NCBI GenBank assembly: GCA_963719015.1
Contig: CAVRBA010000024.1
Coordinates: 8,791 to 72,790 of the forward strand
Length of the DNA: 64,000 nucleotides
Reading direction: 5' to 3'
Source: an uncultured delta proteobacterium
GTDB taxonomy: Bacteria; Desulfobacterota; Desulfobacteria; Desulfobacterales; SG8-13
Part shown: one piece after another, positions 29,539 to 39,758 of the stretch
Layout: every line of letters begins with the position of its first letter
Position numbering within the stretch: the stretch's first letter is position 1
Position numbers and translations under genes: made by a program
Notes under the pieces: generated by a model
Seen by the model: only the letters and a program-made list of their open reading frames with translations
Told to the model about the DNA's origin: nothing
Database searches by the model: none

Positions 29539-30813
29539 ATGCTGGAAATCAAGTTTCTGAGGCAGAATTTAGCGGAGATTAAACGTGCATTGAACGCCCG
29601 TCAGTCTGACCTCGACCTCTCCACCTTCGAAGCGGCAGATGACCACCGCCGTGAAGTCCTTTTGGAGCTTGAGGAATTGCGACACGAACGCAATGTCGTT
29701 TCCAACCGGATTGCCGAATTGAAAAAAAACGGTGCCGATACACAGGACCGCGTGGAGCAGATGCGTGCGGTTGGGGCAAGAATAAAGACGTTGGAGTCAA
29801 TGCTGGCCGATCATGAAGAAACGGTCAATAAAATATTAATGGAATTACCAAATATCCCGCATGCCTCAGTACCCGAAGGGAAGGACGAAAACGATAACCC
29901 TATACTCAGACAGGTGGGCACTCCGCCACATTTCGAATTTATCCCACAGGCACACTGGGACCTGGGCGCGAAACTTGGCATTCTGGACTTTGAACGGGCA
30001 TCCAAAATTACCGGTGCAAGATTCCCCTTGTATTTTGGCCTCGGTGCCCGGCTGGAAAGGGCATTGATAAATTTTATGCTCGACATGCATGTTACCGAGC
30101 ACGGCTATACAGAGGTCCTGCCCCCGTTTGTCGTCAATCGGCAGAGTATGACCCATACCGGCCAACTGCCTAAATTCGAGCATGATCTGTTCAAATTAGA
30201 AGGTTGGGATTACTTTATGATCCCAACTGCCGAAGTGCCGCTCACCAATATCCACCAAGGTGAAATCCTGGTTGTGGACCAATTGCCGATCTATTACACG
30301 GCCTACTCTCCCTGCTTTCGATCTGAAGCCGGATCCTATGGTAAGGACACCCGGGGGTTGATTCGACAGCACCAGTTCAACAAGGTTGAAATGGTAAAAC
30401 TGGCGGCGCCGGAAACGTCCTACGATGAACTTGAGAAAATGTTGAGCAATGCCGAAGCCATTCTTCAACGACTGGACCTTCCCTATCGGGTTGTCACCCT
30501 TTGCACCGGTGACATGGGTTTTTCAGCGGCAAAAACATACGACATTGAAGTTTGGATGCCCGCTCAAAATACTTATCGCGAGATATCATCTTGTTCCAAT
30601 TGTGAAAGCTTCCAGGCCCGCCGGGCGAATATCCGCTATCGGCATAAAGGCAAGAAAGGTACCGATCTCCTTCACACTTTGAATGGTTCGGGTTTGGCTG
30701 TCGGGAGAACTGTGGCCGCGATCTTGGAGAATAATCAGCAGCACGACGGTAGTATCGTCGTACCGGAGGCCGTGCGAGCCTATCTCGGTGGCCTGGAAGT
30801 CATAAAGCCGTGA
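29539..30813 (+). CDS. serS: Serine--tRNA ligase
   Basis: 424 aa. N-terminal coiled-coil arm ([11 protein letters not shown]...), class II motifs (FRSEAGS..., [16 protein letters not shown]). Confidence 0.95.
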   Translation: MLEIKFLRQNLAEIKRALNARQSDLDLSTFEAADDHRREVLLELEELRHERNVVSNRIAELKKNGADTQDRVEQMRAVGARIKTLESMLADHEETVNKILMELPNIPHASVPEGKDENDNPILRQVGTPPHFEFIPQAHWDLGAKLGILDFERASKITGARFPLYFGLGARLERALINFMLDMHVTEHGYTEVLPPFVVNRQSMTHTGQLPKFEHDLFKLEGWDYFMIPTAEVPLTNIHQGEILVVDQLPIYYTAYSPCFRSEAGSYGKDTRGLIRQHQFNKVEMVKLAAPETSYDELEKMLSNAEAILQRLDLPYRVVTLCTGDMGFSAAKTYDIEVWMPAQNTYREISSCSNCESFQARRANIRYRHKGKKGTDLLHTLNGSGLAVGRTVAAILENNQQHDGSIVVPEAVRAYLGGLEVIKP

Positions 30814-32306
30814 GAATAGAAGAATTCCCCGAAGATATCCGCCCCCTCATCATTCCCCGGCCCACAGGCGAACTGATTTATCGCTGTTTGGGTTGCCGTG
30901 AGGAATTCGGAATCGAAAAACTTTTATATACCTGCCCGAAGTGCCGCCAGGTGCTCCTGCTAGAAGATCGTTCATTGCATAGATTACGGCAGATTGATGG
31001 CGCAACCTGGCATCGAATCTTTGACTACCGGAAAATGCTCTCCCAGCCAGCTCTCAAGGGAATCTATCGCTACCAGGAGTTTATCGGTCCGGTAATCCCG
31101 CTGGAGGACATGGTGTATCTTGGTGAGGGGCACACACCGGTAATCGAGGCCAACGATTTCATGCAGGAAAGGGTCGGCCTGCGGTATTACTTCAAGAACG
31201 ACGGGCAGAATCCAAGTGCCAGCTTCAAAGACCGAGGTATGGCCAGTGCCATCACTTATATTAATTACCTGATCAAACGTAAATTGGTAACCGATGTATT
31301 AGCCGTCTGCGCGTCAACTGGCGACACATCCGCTGCTGCTGCCCTGTACGCCGCCTATTTGAATCCCCATATCAGATCCGCCGTACTGCTGCCCCACAAA
31401 AAAGTCACGCCACAACAACTTTCACAGCCTCTGGGCAGCGGTGCCGCTGTTTTTGAAATCCCCGGTGTGTTCGACGACTGCATGAAAATCGTCGAGCGAC
31501 TTTCGGAAACTTACGATGTGGCACTGCTCAACTCGAAAAACGCCTGGCGGATCTTGGGTCAAGAGTCCTATTCTTATGAAATCGCGCAGGATTTTGAATA
31601 TGATTTGCACGATAAAGTCATTGTCCTACCGATAGGAAATGCCGGGAATATAACAGCCGTGATGAATGGTTTCCTTAAATTTTATGAAACCGGCATCATC
31701 GACAGCTTACCGAAGATAATCGGCGTGCAGTCACAACATGCCAATCCGGTTTTTGGTTACTATCGGGAGCCTGTCCCGGCGATGAGAAAATTTGTGCCCG
31801 TCACCGTAAAACCCTCTGTCGCCCAAGCGGCCATGATCGGTAACCCTGTATCCATGCCCCGGGTTATCCATTTGGTAAATCGCTACAATCAGGAAGCCGG
31901 CGGCCAGCGTGTTCATATTGTTGAGGTGACGGAACAGGCAATTATGGACTGGGAACTTCTGGCCAATAGAAACGGCCACATCGCTTGTACCCATGGCGGG
32001 GAATCCTTGGCAGGTTTGGTGACTGCCAGGATGAATGATCTGGTTTCCGAAGACGAGATTGCAATCGTAGATTCCACTGCCCATGTGTTGAAGTTCGCCG
32101 GTTTTCAGCAGATGTATTTCGACGATGGGTTTCCACCAGAGTTTGATATCAAGGCCGATGGGAACCTCGTTAACATACCGCAGTACGTAAGGCCGACGAA
32201 CCTCAAAAAAGTACCGGAACCCGGTAGACCGCTGACTGGTAAAGATCTCGAAAGGTTCGTCAAGAGTATTTCCGAAGAAGTCGCTCGCAGATTAAAACTG
32301 ATATAA
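30810..32306 (+). CDS. thrC: Threonine synthase (long form with N-terminal zinc ribbon)
   Basis: 498 aa. The GTG start overlaps the serS stop (GTGA). CLGC...CPKC ribbon and the PLP lysine motif SFKDRGMA. Confidence 0.88.
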   Translation: MRIEEFPEDIRPLIIPRPTGELIYRCLGCREEFGIEKLLYTCPKCRQVLLLEDRSLHRLRQIDGATWHRIFDYRKMLSQPALKGIYRYQEFIGPVIPLEDMVYLGEGHTPVIEANDFMQERVGLRYYFKNDGQNPSASFKDRGMASAITYINYLIKRKLVTDVLAVCASTGDTSAAAALYAAYLNPHIRSAVLLPHKKVTPQQLSQPLGSGAAVFEIPGVFDDCMKIVERLSETYDVALLNSKNAWRILGQESYSYEIAQDFEYDLHDKVIVLPIGNAGNITAVMNGFLKFYETGIIDSLPKIIGVQSQHANPVFGYYREPVPAMRKFVPVTVKPSVAQAAMIGNPVSMPRVIHLVNRYNQEAGGQRVHIVEVTEQAIMDWELLANRNGHIACTHGGESLAGLVTARMNDLVSEDEIAIVDSTAHVLKFAGFQQMYFDDGFPPEFDIKADGNLVNIPQYVRPTNLKKVPEPGRPLTGKDLERFVKSISEEVARRLKLI

Positions 32307-32377
32307 ACTTGAGCTTTGCTGCTTTAAATAACTGTTTCTGGTATTTTCGAACGCCAGACGCATAGGGAGAGGCCTGC

Positions 32378-33142
32378 ATGAGAAGCAAACTATTGTTATG
32401 GACAGCCTGCTGGGCGGGCATCATTGTTATAACCGCATGTGCCAGTGATAATTCAGATGTGCGTAAAAGGGAAATTGCTTGGCGTGATCTGGGAAAGCAG
32501 TATTACCTTGCGGGTGATTATACGGCAGCCCTCAAGTACCTATTGGACGCGGAAAACCTGTATCCGAATGACCATATTCTTCAGAACTACCTTGGCCAGG
32601 TCTATCTTGCCAAGGGCAAACCGGACCTGGCTGTCAAACACTTCAAGAACGCAATAAGTTTGAAACCGGACTACGCGGTAGCCAAAAACAATCTCGGGGT
32701 CGCCTATTTGGAGGAAGAAAAATGGGATGAAGCCATCGCGGTATTCAAGGAGGTTACCGGCGATCTATTGTACGCGACGCCTCACTATCCTTTGAGCAAT
32801 ATCGGCTTTGCCTATTATAAAAAGAAGAACTTTAAGGAGTCGGAAAAATATTATTTAGATGCCTTGGCTCTGGAAGCGAACTTCCCTCCGTCCCTCAGAG
32901 GACTGGGGCGGACATATGTTGCGATGGGCAAGGGTGCCGAGGGAGTGGCCGCCCTGTCTGCTGCAACCGACCTTTACCCGGAGTTTGCCGCAGCATACTA
33001 CGATCTGGGTGAAGCTTATGTTTTGCTGAAGAACGTTCCCAAAGCCAAAGCGGCCTATGAAAAGGTCATCCAGCTCAAACCGGAATCACCGGAAGCCCGG
33101 GAAGCCAAGAGAGCACTGGTAAAATTGCAATACATACGCTAG
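32378..33142 (+). CDS. TPR-repeat lipoprotein, PilW/PilF/Tgl-like (candidate secretin pilotin)
   Basis: 254 aa. Lipobox (VITAC) and about 6 TPR units. The size and architecture match type IV pilus biogenesis TPR lipoproteins. Convergent with pilQ. The pilotin role is an inference. Confidence 0.65.
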   Translation: MRSKLLLWTACWAGIIVITACASDNSDVRKREIAWRDLGKQYYLAGDYTAALKYLLDAENLYPNDHILQNYLGQVYLAKGKPDLAVKHFKNAISLKPDYAVAKNNLGVAYLEEEKWDEAIAVFKEVTGDLLYATPHYPLSNIGFAYYKKKNFKESEKYYLDALALEANFPPSLRGLGRTYVAMGKGAEGVAALSAATDLYPEFAAAYYDLGEAYVLLKNVPKAKAAYEKVIQLKPESPEAREAKRALVKLQYIR

Positions 33143-33197
33143 AAAGATATTTCGTTCGGTTTCAAAGAGGGGACGGACAAGGCTTTCATTTGGACGC

Positions 33198-33301
33198 ATA
33201 TAGTGGGTGTCAAAAAAACGTTCCGTTGTGCGAACGTTTTTTTCTAAAACCACTTATACCACCTTTTCGTATTTCGGAAATTAATTTTAAAAGTCGTATA
33301 A
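33198..33301 (-). repeat. Structured intergenic repeat, copy 5 (diverged)
   Basis: ATATAGTGGGTGTCAAAAAAACGTTCCGTTGTGCGAACGTTTTTTTCTAAAACCACTTATACCACCTTTTCGTATTTCGGAAATTAATTTTAAAAGTCGTATAA. Confidence 0.85.
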
Positions 33302-33348
33302 AAAACAGCGGCCCGCCTTTCAGTTAATAAGCGGGCCGCTGTTTTTTT
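33301..33348. terminator. Bidirectional intrinsic terminator between the TPR lipoprotein gene and pilQ
   Basis: AAAAACAGCGGCCCGC-ctttcagttaataa-GCGGGCCGCTGTTTTT. A 16-bp GC-rich stem flanked by an A-run and a T-run, 13 nt from the pilQ stop. Confidence 0.8.
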
Positions 33349-33360
33349 ATTTTTTAGATG

Positions 33361-36174
33361 TTAAAGCACTTGGCGCTGCTCCAGTTGGACGATTCTCGGC
33401 GTAATGAAAATCAGCAGTTCATTGTTAGTTTTCGATTCCGACTCGGTTTTGAACAACCAACCCACCAGCGGGATGTTTTTGACCCCTGGCCAACCGGTAG
33501 AGGAATCCTGCTCGTTTTTCTTGATGATGCCGCCGATAACGATCGTGTCGCCATCGTTGACCAACAGTTCGGTCTGCGCTTCGTTAGTGTTCAGAGACGG
33601 AACGCCCAGGGTGATAACACCGATATCATTTTTTGTAATGAATATTTTCATCAGAATGCGATCGTCCGGTGTCACCGTCGGGGTCACCTCCAAAAGCAGG
33701 TCGATATTTTTAAATTTTACGGTGGCATTACCGGACGAATCCCTCTCCAGGTAGGGCCACTCGACACCCTGCTTGATTTTGGCTTTTTTGTTGTCGAGGG
33801 TGACGATTTTCGGTGCGGTAATAATCCGACCCTGTTTGTTGGCCTCAACCGCGTTGAGAGTGGCTTCGAGAGTCAATGGCGTTCCGCCGAGTTTCGTAAA
33901 ATTGAATCCGACGGTCGAGGAAGACGCCGACGGGAAGTTCATGGCAACATCACCGCCGATGCCAAAACTGCCGATAGTGCCCGGCCCCCAGGCCATTTGC
34001 CAGTCGATACCCAGTTCCATCGAAAACTCGTCGCTAACTTCAACCACCTTGGCCTCTATGATAACCTGTGGTGTCACGGTGTCGATCCGGCTGACAATTT
34101 CCTTTATCTGCCCAATTTTGCTTGCGGTATCGGTAACGATCAGTTGGTTGTTGCGCTTATCGACACTGACGCTTCCGCGATCTTTCGTCAGCACCTTTTG
34201 AACGAGGGGTAAGACTTCGCCGCTGGCATCCGAGTAGTTAACGGCAATGTATTCAGTCACTAAAGGCTCCAAGGCCTTGACCACTTCCCGGGATTTCTGT
34301 TCAGCGGCAATCTGATCCTGCTTGGCCTTCTCTTCCGCTGTCAGTGTCGATATGGTGGCAATGCGAATAATATCGCCCTCATAAACCATTCCAAGGCGAT
34401 TCATCTTTAGTACCAGATCCAGTACTTGATCCCATGGAACCGGTTTTTCGAGAGTCAGTGTCACCGTACCGGTAACATCTTTGTCGATTGCGAAGTTCTT
34501 GCCACTGATTTCACGAATGATGCGAAACACATTTTTAATGTCTGTTTCATAGAAATCAAGCGCAATTTTTTCACCGGTGTACCGCTTGGGAGAAGCGTAG
34601 CCTGACAACGAATACGACATGGGGGCACTCATCGTCATCGTCATCATACCTGAAGGTGACGCTTGCGCCGCAGGCGCTTCGGCTCCCATAATTTCAATGA
34701 CGCCCGGTGTTTCTTGGGCACTTTGAACGGTCAATGTTGCCGGCGGGTCAGCAGGTGTTGGCCTTTGTGGCTGTGAAGTCTCTTCGCTCTCAGTTAGGGC
34801 CTCTGTCTGGGCCAAAACCTGTTTCCAACTTGGCAGATCAGCCTGTTCGAGCGGTTTGGGAGGAATGGAGGATGCACCGAACCGAATCATCAGAACATCG
34901 TCCTCTTGCTCAATATCGTATGACACGGCCTCCCGAAGTTCTATAGTCACCGAGGTTGTCTGTGGTTCCAAATTTTTATAAACGGGCGTTATCCGGTTAA
35001 CAGCGCTCTCAAACCGGGTTGTGATCAACGGGCGGTCACGGTACTTTGGTAGCTTTGTGTCGTACAGTTTCAGCTGCAGTAATGTATCCGTGGTACTCTT
35101 TAAATCATAAGTGACCGGACGTGTTGTACCGACGATAAGGGTCGACTGACCGGCATCTTCGGTGATGAAGTCAAGACGGTTTATCCAGGCCGTTTTATCT
35201 TGAACGACACCCGCTGTCTCTGCTGAGGGCGCTGGGGTTACTGCCGGCGCTGGTGCCGGTACAAGGGGCTGCGGTGTTTTCTCAGCGGCAGCGATAGGTT
35301 CTGGCGCCGTAATCGTTTCCTCAGTGCCAACCTGAACCAGCAGTCCCGTCGGAGTTGATACAGCCGAATACGATTTCAAATACTCCGAATGGGTGTCGAC
35401 AACCATCCGGATCTTTTTGGGGTAAACGAAGTAGCGAACTTGCCGCACCGATTCGGTGTCCGCCTTTACCACCTGTTCACCTTGGGTGGGGCTTTTCAAA
35501 TTTGGTATATCGAATACGATCCGGGCGGGTTTATCCAAAGCGAAGACTTTGAAGTCTTCGATGGTACCGTCGGTGTTGACACTAATTTGGGTCTGATTTT
35601 CCGTTTTATTTACGTAAACGCCTTCAAGACGGGAGGCCGGAGCAACGGTGGATGTCTCTGCGGGAACGTTGCGGGTTTCGGATTCACTCACCGGTGCCTC
35701 ACTGATCGTGGTGTCAAGAGGCTTGGCAAAAGAAATTCTGATGCCTTTCTTTTCAGCCGTTACTTCATAAGGAACGTCCTGTTTCAAGCTGATCAACAGG
35801 CGTGATATATCCTGTTTATCATTAATCGGCGAAACTTCGACGGAGTCAATGATTTCATGATTCGATAAAACAAGAGGCTCGACAGCACCGTCGATTTCTG
35901 TGTCCTGAAAGTAAAACAATATACCCAAAGGCAGGTTTTGTTTTACTGACGTATAAGTAAGCTGACGATTACCGTTGACCACGACAACATAGGACGAATC
36001 GTCCTCGGAAGCGGTAATCCCGGTGATGCGTTTCGAATCGGGAAGTTGCTGAGCGCTGGACGCGTCATTGACCACCGGCTTGTTGGCGGTACAACCACCT
36101 GACAGCCCGAACAGGACGATAAGAAAAATGGCCAGTGCTGCGCGTTTGTTGACTTTTGCAAATACGGTGCTCAT
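33361..36174 (-). CDS. pilQ: Type IV pilus secretin PilQ (AMIN domains + secretin)
   Basis: I chose the start at MSTVFAKVNKRAALAIFLIVLFGLSGGC (ATG 36174), 4 nt after the pilP stop. N-terminal AMIN-like repeats, A/P-rich linkers, and a C-terminal secretin core (...NELLIFITPRIV). Confidence 0.9.
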   Translation of the reverse strand: MSTVFAKVNKRAALAIFLIVLFGLSGGCTANKPVVNDASSAQQLPDSKRITGITASEDDSSYVVVVNGNRQLTYTSVKQNLPLGILFYFQDTEIDGAVEPLVLSNHEIIDSVEVSPINDKQDISRLLISLKQDVPYEVTAEKKGIRISFAKPLDTTISEAPVSESETRNVPAETSTVAPASRLEGVYVNKTENQTQISVNTDGTIEDFKVFALDKPARIVFDIPNLKSPTQGEQVVKADTESVRQVRYFVYPKKIRMVVDTHSEYLKSYSAVSTPTGLLVQVGTEETITAPEPIAAAEKTPQPLVPAPAPAVTPAPSAETAGVVQDKTAWINRLDFITEDAGQSTLIVGTTRPVTYDLKSTTDTLLQLKLYDTKLPKYRDRPLITTRFESAVNRITPVYKNLEPQTTSVTIELREAVSYDIEQEDDVLMIRFGASSIPPKPLEQADLPSWKQVLAQTEALTESEETSQPQRPTPADPPATLTVQSAQETPGVIEIMGAEAPAAQASPSGMMTMTMSAPMSYSLSGYASPKRYTGEKIALDFYETDIKNVFRIIREISGKNFAIDKDVTGTVTLTLEKPVPWDQVLDLVLKMNRLGMVYEGDIIRIATISTLTAEEKAKQDQIAAEQKSREVVKALEPLVTEYIAVNYSDASGEVLPLVQKVLTKDRGSVSVDKRNNQLIVTDTASKIGQIKEIVSRIDTVTPQVIIEAKVVEVSDEFSMELGIDWQMAWGPGTIGSFGIGGDVAMNFPSASSSTVGFNFTKLGGTPLTLEATLNAVEANKQGRIITAPKIVTLDNKKAKIKQGVEWPYLERDSSGNATVKFKNIDLLLEVTPTVTPDDRILMKIFITKNDIGVITLGVPSLNTNEAQTELLVNDGDTIVIGGIIKKNEQDSSTGWPGVKNIPLVGWLFKTESESKTNNELLIFITPRIVQLEQRQVL

Positions 36175-36178
36175 GGGA

Positions 36179-37228
36179 TCATTCTCCGGGAGGTTTCGGG
36201 AGTACGAGTTCTTTGTTACGGATTTTCTGTGTTCCGGCAACTTCATCGGTTTCTTCCTCGATAACAACGCGGTCTTTTTTTATGTCAGTAACTTTTCCGG
36301 AATGAAGGCCGATAAAGGTCCCCTCTTTTATAATATATCCTTTACCGGAAGCCTCCTGTACAAGGGCCCTGTTGCCGCTGCTGGCCATTATGATTCCGAC
36401 CAATTTCAGCTGTCCGATGTCGATTCTCTCCAGGGGCGTCCGGGGGACCCGTCTTTTTTTCTTGGCAGTGACCGGGGGCGCTTCGGGCTCATCCTTGAAG
36501 AGCGGCTCAAAAGGATTGATCCTGCCTTGTGGATTATACCTTACAGGGGCGCCTTTCTGCATGGCAACGGTCGTAGCGCCCTTTTTCACCGCGGGATTAA
36601 CGGCAGCAACCGTTGCGGCAGGGTCGGTCGGTATGATCGTATCAGGCTCGGGTGTTAATGGTGCTGTTGCCGGCTGAATCACAGCGGCTGAAGAAGGCAC
36701 GGCTTCTGTGGCTGGTTTTTCCTGAGCAACGGCGTTTGTAGCAGAGGGGGCTGCCTGGGGCCGTGCCATCTCTGGCGGTAATCTTTTTACCTCCGGAATT
36801 GCTGCCGGTTGCTCGGCTGATGCCGTTGTCGCCTTGTTGGCAGTTACCTCTGGGGGCATTTTGACCTTCGGCTGCGAAATGGCGGTCGATGCTGTCACCG
36901 GTGCCGTTGAGTTCTTGGCAACCATTGGGGGGGCTTTCCTGCTCGCCGGCGTTGCAGCTATATCGGATTTAGGCCTGAGTTCTGCCGTTGAAATTCTTTT
37001 CACCACCGGGGCCGCCTGGATTCTTTTACCTACTTTGGCGACGGTGACAGCCGGCGATGCGGACTGGGCACTATTGCGGGCAAGTGCAGTGGGCGTTTTC
37101 GGAGCGACAATTTTCTTCCTAACCACCTTGGGCTTCGGAAGGGTCTGCTTTTGAAAATCGCAGCCCCAGGTTGCCACAACAAAACAAGACAATAAGGCCA
37201 GTGTAATAATACCGCGCAGTTTGCTCAT
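36179..37228 (-). CDS. pilP: Pilus assembly lipoprotein PilP with a long Ala/Pro/Thr-rich linker
   Basis: 349 aa. Lipobox (ATWGC), about 200 aa of low-complexity linker, and a C-terminal PilP beta-domain (NPFEPL...QLKLVGIIMASSGNRALVQEASGKGYIIKEGTFIG). Confidence 0.75.
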   Translation of the reverse strand: MSKLRGIITLALLSCFVVATWGCDFQKQTLPKPKVVRKKIVAPKTPTALARNSAQSASPAVTVAKVGKRIQAAPVVKRISTAELRPKSDIAATPASRKAPPMVAKNSTAPVTASTAISQPKVKMPPEVTANKATTASAEQPAAIPEVKRLPPEMARPQAAPSATNAVAQEKPATEAVPSSAAVIQPATAPLTPEPDTIIPTDPAATVAAVNPAVKKGATTVAMQKGAPVRYNPQGRINPFEPLFKDEPEAPPVTAKKKRRVPRTPLERIDIGQLKLVGIIMASSGNRALVQEASGKGYIIKEGTFIGLHSGKVTDIKKDRVVIEEETDEVAGTQKIRNKELVLPKPPGE

Positions 37229-37257
37229 ATCGGATCGTTTCTGGGTTTAAGCGTTGG

Positions 37258-37902
37258 TTATTTTTTGCTTTTCTTTTTCTTCTTCTTGGACGATTTCTTT
37301 TTTGAAGGCGGAGCACTTTCAATAAACTTATAGGTCACGGCTGTGCATGATGTGACCAATGAATCATTCCCTTTCACAGGTTTCATCGAGATGTCTCTGA
37401 TATTGACGACCCGTGACAGCCTGGCGACCCGATCGAAAAATATGGCAACGTTATGAAAATCGCCGTTAACCTTAATGGCAACCGGAATCTCGGCGTAGAA
37501 ATCTTTTTTCGTTTCATTTTTTGGCTTGAACAAAAGAAATTCGAGGCCAGATTCTCTTCCGGAGTCTGAAATACTGGTAAGCAGTGATGGTATCTCTTCT
37601 TTTTCCGGAAGCGACTTCATAACGATCCTAAATTGGTCCTCGGCATCCTTCATTTTTCTCTGAAACTTTTTTAGATCTTTTGCGTTTTTCTTTGCCGTTT
37701 TAAGCTCCGCCTCGAGTTTTGCAAGCTCTTTGTCAAGCGTATCGATAGTCTTGTATTTTGGCATATAGAACAAGAAAACCGCTGCAGCGATGAAGATCAG
37801 ACAAATCCCTGCACTTATCAGGAGGCGATAGATTTTGGAAAGTTTTTCGATTTTATCGAAAAACGGTTCAAGGGCATCCAAAGAGAGATCAGGTTTTTTC
37901 AT
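37258..37902 (-). CDS. pilO: Type IV pilus biogenesis protein PilO
   Basis: 214 aa. N-terminal TM, coiled coil, and PilO-like core (LPEKEEIPSLLTSISDSGRESGLEFLLFKP...). Lys-rich tail. 4-nt overlap with pilN. Confidence 0.8.
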   Translation of the reverse strand: MKKPDLSLDALEPFFDKIEKLSKIYRLLISAGICLIFIAAAVFLFYMPKYKTIDTLDKELAKLEAELKTAKKNAKDLKKFQRKMKDAEDQFRIVMKSLPEKEEIPSLLTSISDSGRESGLEFLLFKPKNETKKDFYAEIPVAIKVNGDFHNVAIFFDRVARLSRVVNIRDISMKPVKGNDSLVTSCTAVTYKFIESAPPSKKKSSKKKKKKSKK

Positions 37903-38501
37903 GTTCGTTTTCTTTTCTTTTTCGCTTTGTCCGGTGCACCAATTTGTGTTTCTTTCGTGTCGGCCTTTTTGTCACAGACAATCGAGAACTTTTTCAGGTT
38001 CGAGCCTTGGACCACATGTTTTTCTAAAGTATTTAGCTTTACAGCACTAAACCACCCAGATCCTTCCAGGCGGGTCATGAAGTCGGCCACCGTTTTATTA
38101 TCCAGCGCGATACCGGTAACCTTGATATCCTTGGGATGGTCGCTAAATGAAGTGAACCACATCCGCTTGGCAATGATTTTCTCGGTCATGGCTTCGAGTA
38201 TCTGAACCGGTTCGAAACGGTCGGTCTCCAGTTTGCGGATGACTTCGGTCTTTTTCTGCAGAATCGCAAGCTTCTTTTTGATATCTTCGATCTGCTGGGT
38301 AATCTTCTGGTATTTTTTCAGTTCGTTTTCCGTGACGGTCACGTTCTTTTTGAGTGCCTTTATCCGTCCTCCGAGATGGATGTTGTAAAAGGTAAGGACG
38401 GCCAGCATTAGAAAAACTGAAAGAAAGAAGACCGAAATCTGGCGTCGGATGTTTTCTTTTTTCCGGGCGGCTCTGAAAGGGAGCAGGTTGATGCGTATCA
38501 T
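37899..38501 (-). CDS. pilN: Type IV pilus biogenesis protein PilN
   Basis: 200 aa. The conserved MIRINLLPFR N-terminus (the PilM-binding peptide), a TM helix and a coiled coil. 4-nt overlap with pilM. Confidence 0.85.
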   Translation of the reverse strand: MIRINLLPFRAARKKENIRRQISVFFLSVFLMLAVLTFYNIHLGGRIKALKKNVTVTENELKKYQKITQQIEDIKKKLAILQKKTEVIRKLETDRFEPVQILEAMTEKIIAKRMWFTSFSDHPKDIKVTGIALDNKTVADFMTRLEGSGWFSAVKLNTLEKHVVQGSNLKKFSIVCDKKADTKETQIGAPDKAKKKRKRT

Positions 38502-39550
38502 TTATCGTTAATCTTCCTTATGGCCAGGCCCATAGTAATTGCAGCCTGGGGAGCAATTTGTTCAATGTACGCAGGGTCAAAGCTGCTGTCTAAGACAAAG
38601 TTACCGAAAGGATTTATGGTCGTCACTTCAGACGACGTTTCATTCGCCAGAAGTTGGCGGAAGTCCGAGATGTTACCACCGCCACCACTGAGCATGATCC
38701 TTTTGATCTGATCTTCCGGGTATGTTGAATAGAAGAAATCGATGGCTCTCCGTATTTCCGTACACCAGTCAGAAACAACGCCGATAACGATTTCCTTCAA
38801 GTCCTCTGCAGAAATTTTGTCTGTCTGCCCACCGAGTTTGATCGTTTCCGATTCATCGAACGAACAATTGACCAATGATATAATCTTCTGATTGATCTGA
38901 CCGCAACCCAGGGCGACATCCCGCATGAAAACCGAGTTGCTGCCCTTCAGGATGTTAAGCGAGGTTTTGCTTGCTCCGATGTCGATCAATGCGACGTTCT
39001 CGTCTTTGACTTCATAATTGACTTCAAAAACATTCTGAAGGGCAAACGCTTCAATATCAATGATGCAGGGGTTTAATCCGGCCATGCTTACTAAGTTTAT
39101 GTAATCATTGACCATTTCCTTCTTTGCGGCCACAAGAAAGACGTTCATCTGATTGGGATTGTTTTCGTTCGGTCCCAGAATTTGAAAATCCAGATTGACG
39201 TCGTTGATATCGAAGGGAATATATTGTTCGGCTTCGTAATGAATGGTCTCCTGGAGTTGGTCTTCGGCCATTGTCTGAACGTTGATCTTTTTAACAATGA
39301 CCGAATAGCCGCCGATCGATACTGCAACATTTTTCTCATGAATATTGTACGTCTTGAACAGTTCTTTAATTTTGTCGGCAACGTCCTCGGGTTCGTTGAT
39401 CGTTCCGTCCTCGATCAGACCCGGGGTAATGTCGATCATTCCGAATCGCTTCAGCGTCCGGCCTTTGGGCGATTCGACAATTTCAGCGGCTTTTATCGTT
39501 CTGGAGCCAATGTCAAGCCCGACGAGTTTGTCCTTTTTTCCGAATAGCAT
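38498..39550 (-). CDS. pilM: Type IV pilus assembly ATPase-like protein PilM
   Basis: 350 aa from the internal ATG 39550 (MLFGKKDKLVGLDIGSRTIKAAEI). Actin-like fold pattern. The listed 36-aa extension is implausible. Confidence 0.9.
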   Translation of the reverse strand: MLFGKKDKLVGLDIGSRTIKAAEIVESPKGRTLKRFGMIDITPGLIEDGTINEPEDVADKIKELFKTYNIHEKNVAVSIGGYSVIVKKINVQTMAEDQLQETIHYEAEQYIPFDINDVNLDFQILGPNENNPNQMNVFLVAAKKEMVNDYINLVSMAGLNPCIIDIEAFALQNVFEVNYEVKDENVALIDIGASKTSLNILKGSNSVFMRDVALGCGQINQKIISLVNCSFDESETIKLGGQTDKISAEDLKEIVIGVVSDWCTEIRRAIDFFYSTYPEDQIKRIMLSGGGGNISDFRQLLANETSSEVTTINPFGNFVLDSSFDPAYIEQIAPQAAITMGLAIRKINDK

Positions 39551-39560
39551 ATGCGTTCTC

Positions 39561-39758
39561 TTAGTCTTTAAATATTTTGTCTTTGTCTGAAAGTTCGAGT
39601 CCGAGGGCCAGTATGATCTTGCGCTTTGTTTCCATGCGACATGGTAAACCATTTTCAATTCGGGTTATCGTAATCGGCGATACCTCAGCAGCCCGTGCGA
39701 GTTCGGCTTTGCTCATCAGCAGGGCTTCCCTGGTTTTTTTTAATGCGTTTTCTTTCAT
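39561..39758 (-). CDS. Small XRE-family HTH protein upstream of pilM
   Basis: 65 aa from MKENALKKTREALLMSKAELARAAEVSPITITRIENG. The start is uncertain, because the ORF remains open up to 39854. Confidence 0.6.
   Translation of the reverse strand: MKENALKKTREALLMSKAELARAAEVSPITITRIENGLPCRMETKRKIILALGLELSDKDKIFKD

Noticed and set aside
33358-34212. Long antisense ORFs inside well-supported genes. Examples are 33358-34212 (+) inside pilQ, 14957-15361 (+) inside comM, 17368-17806 (+) inside the ADH-like gene, 52770-53363 (-) opposite rdgB, and 61190-61654 (+) opposite sucD.
   Set aside because: They overlap genes with clear family signatures on the other strand. They are Arg/Gly/Pro/Ser-rich with no motifs and no SD, which is typical of open antisense frames.
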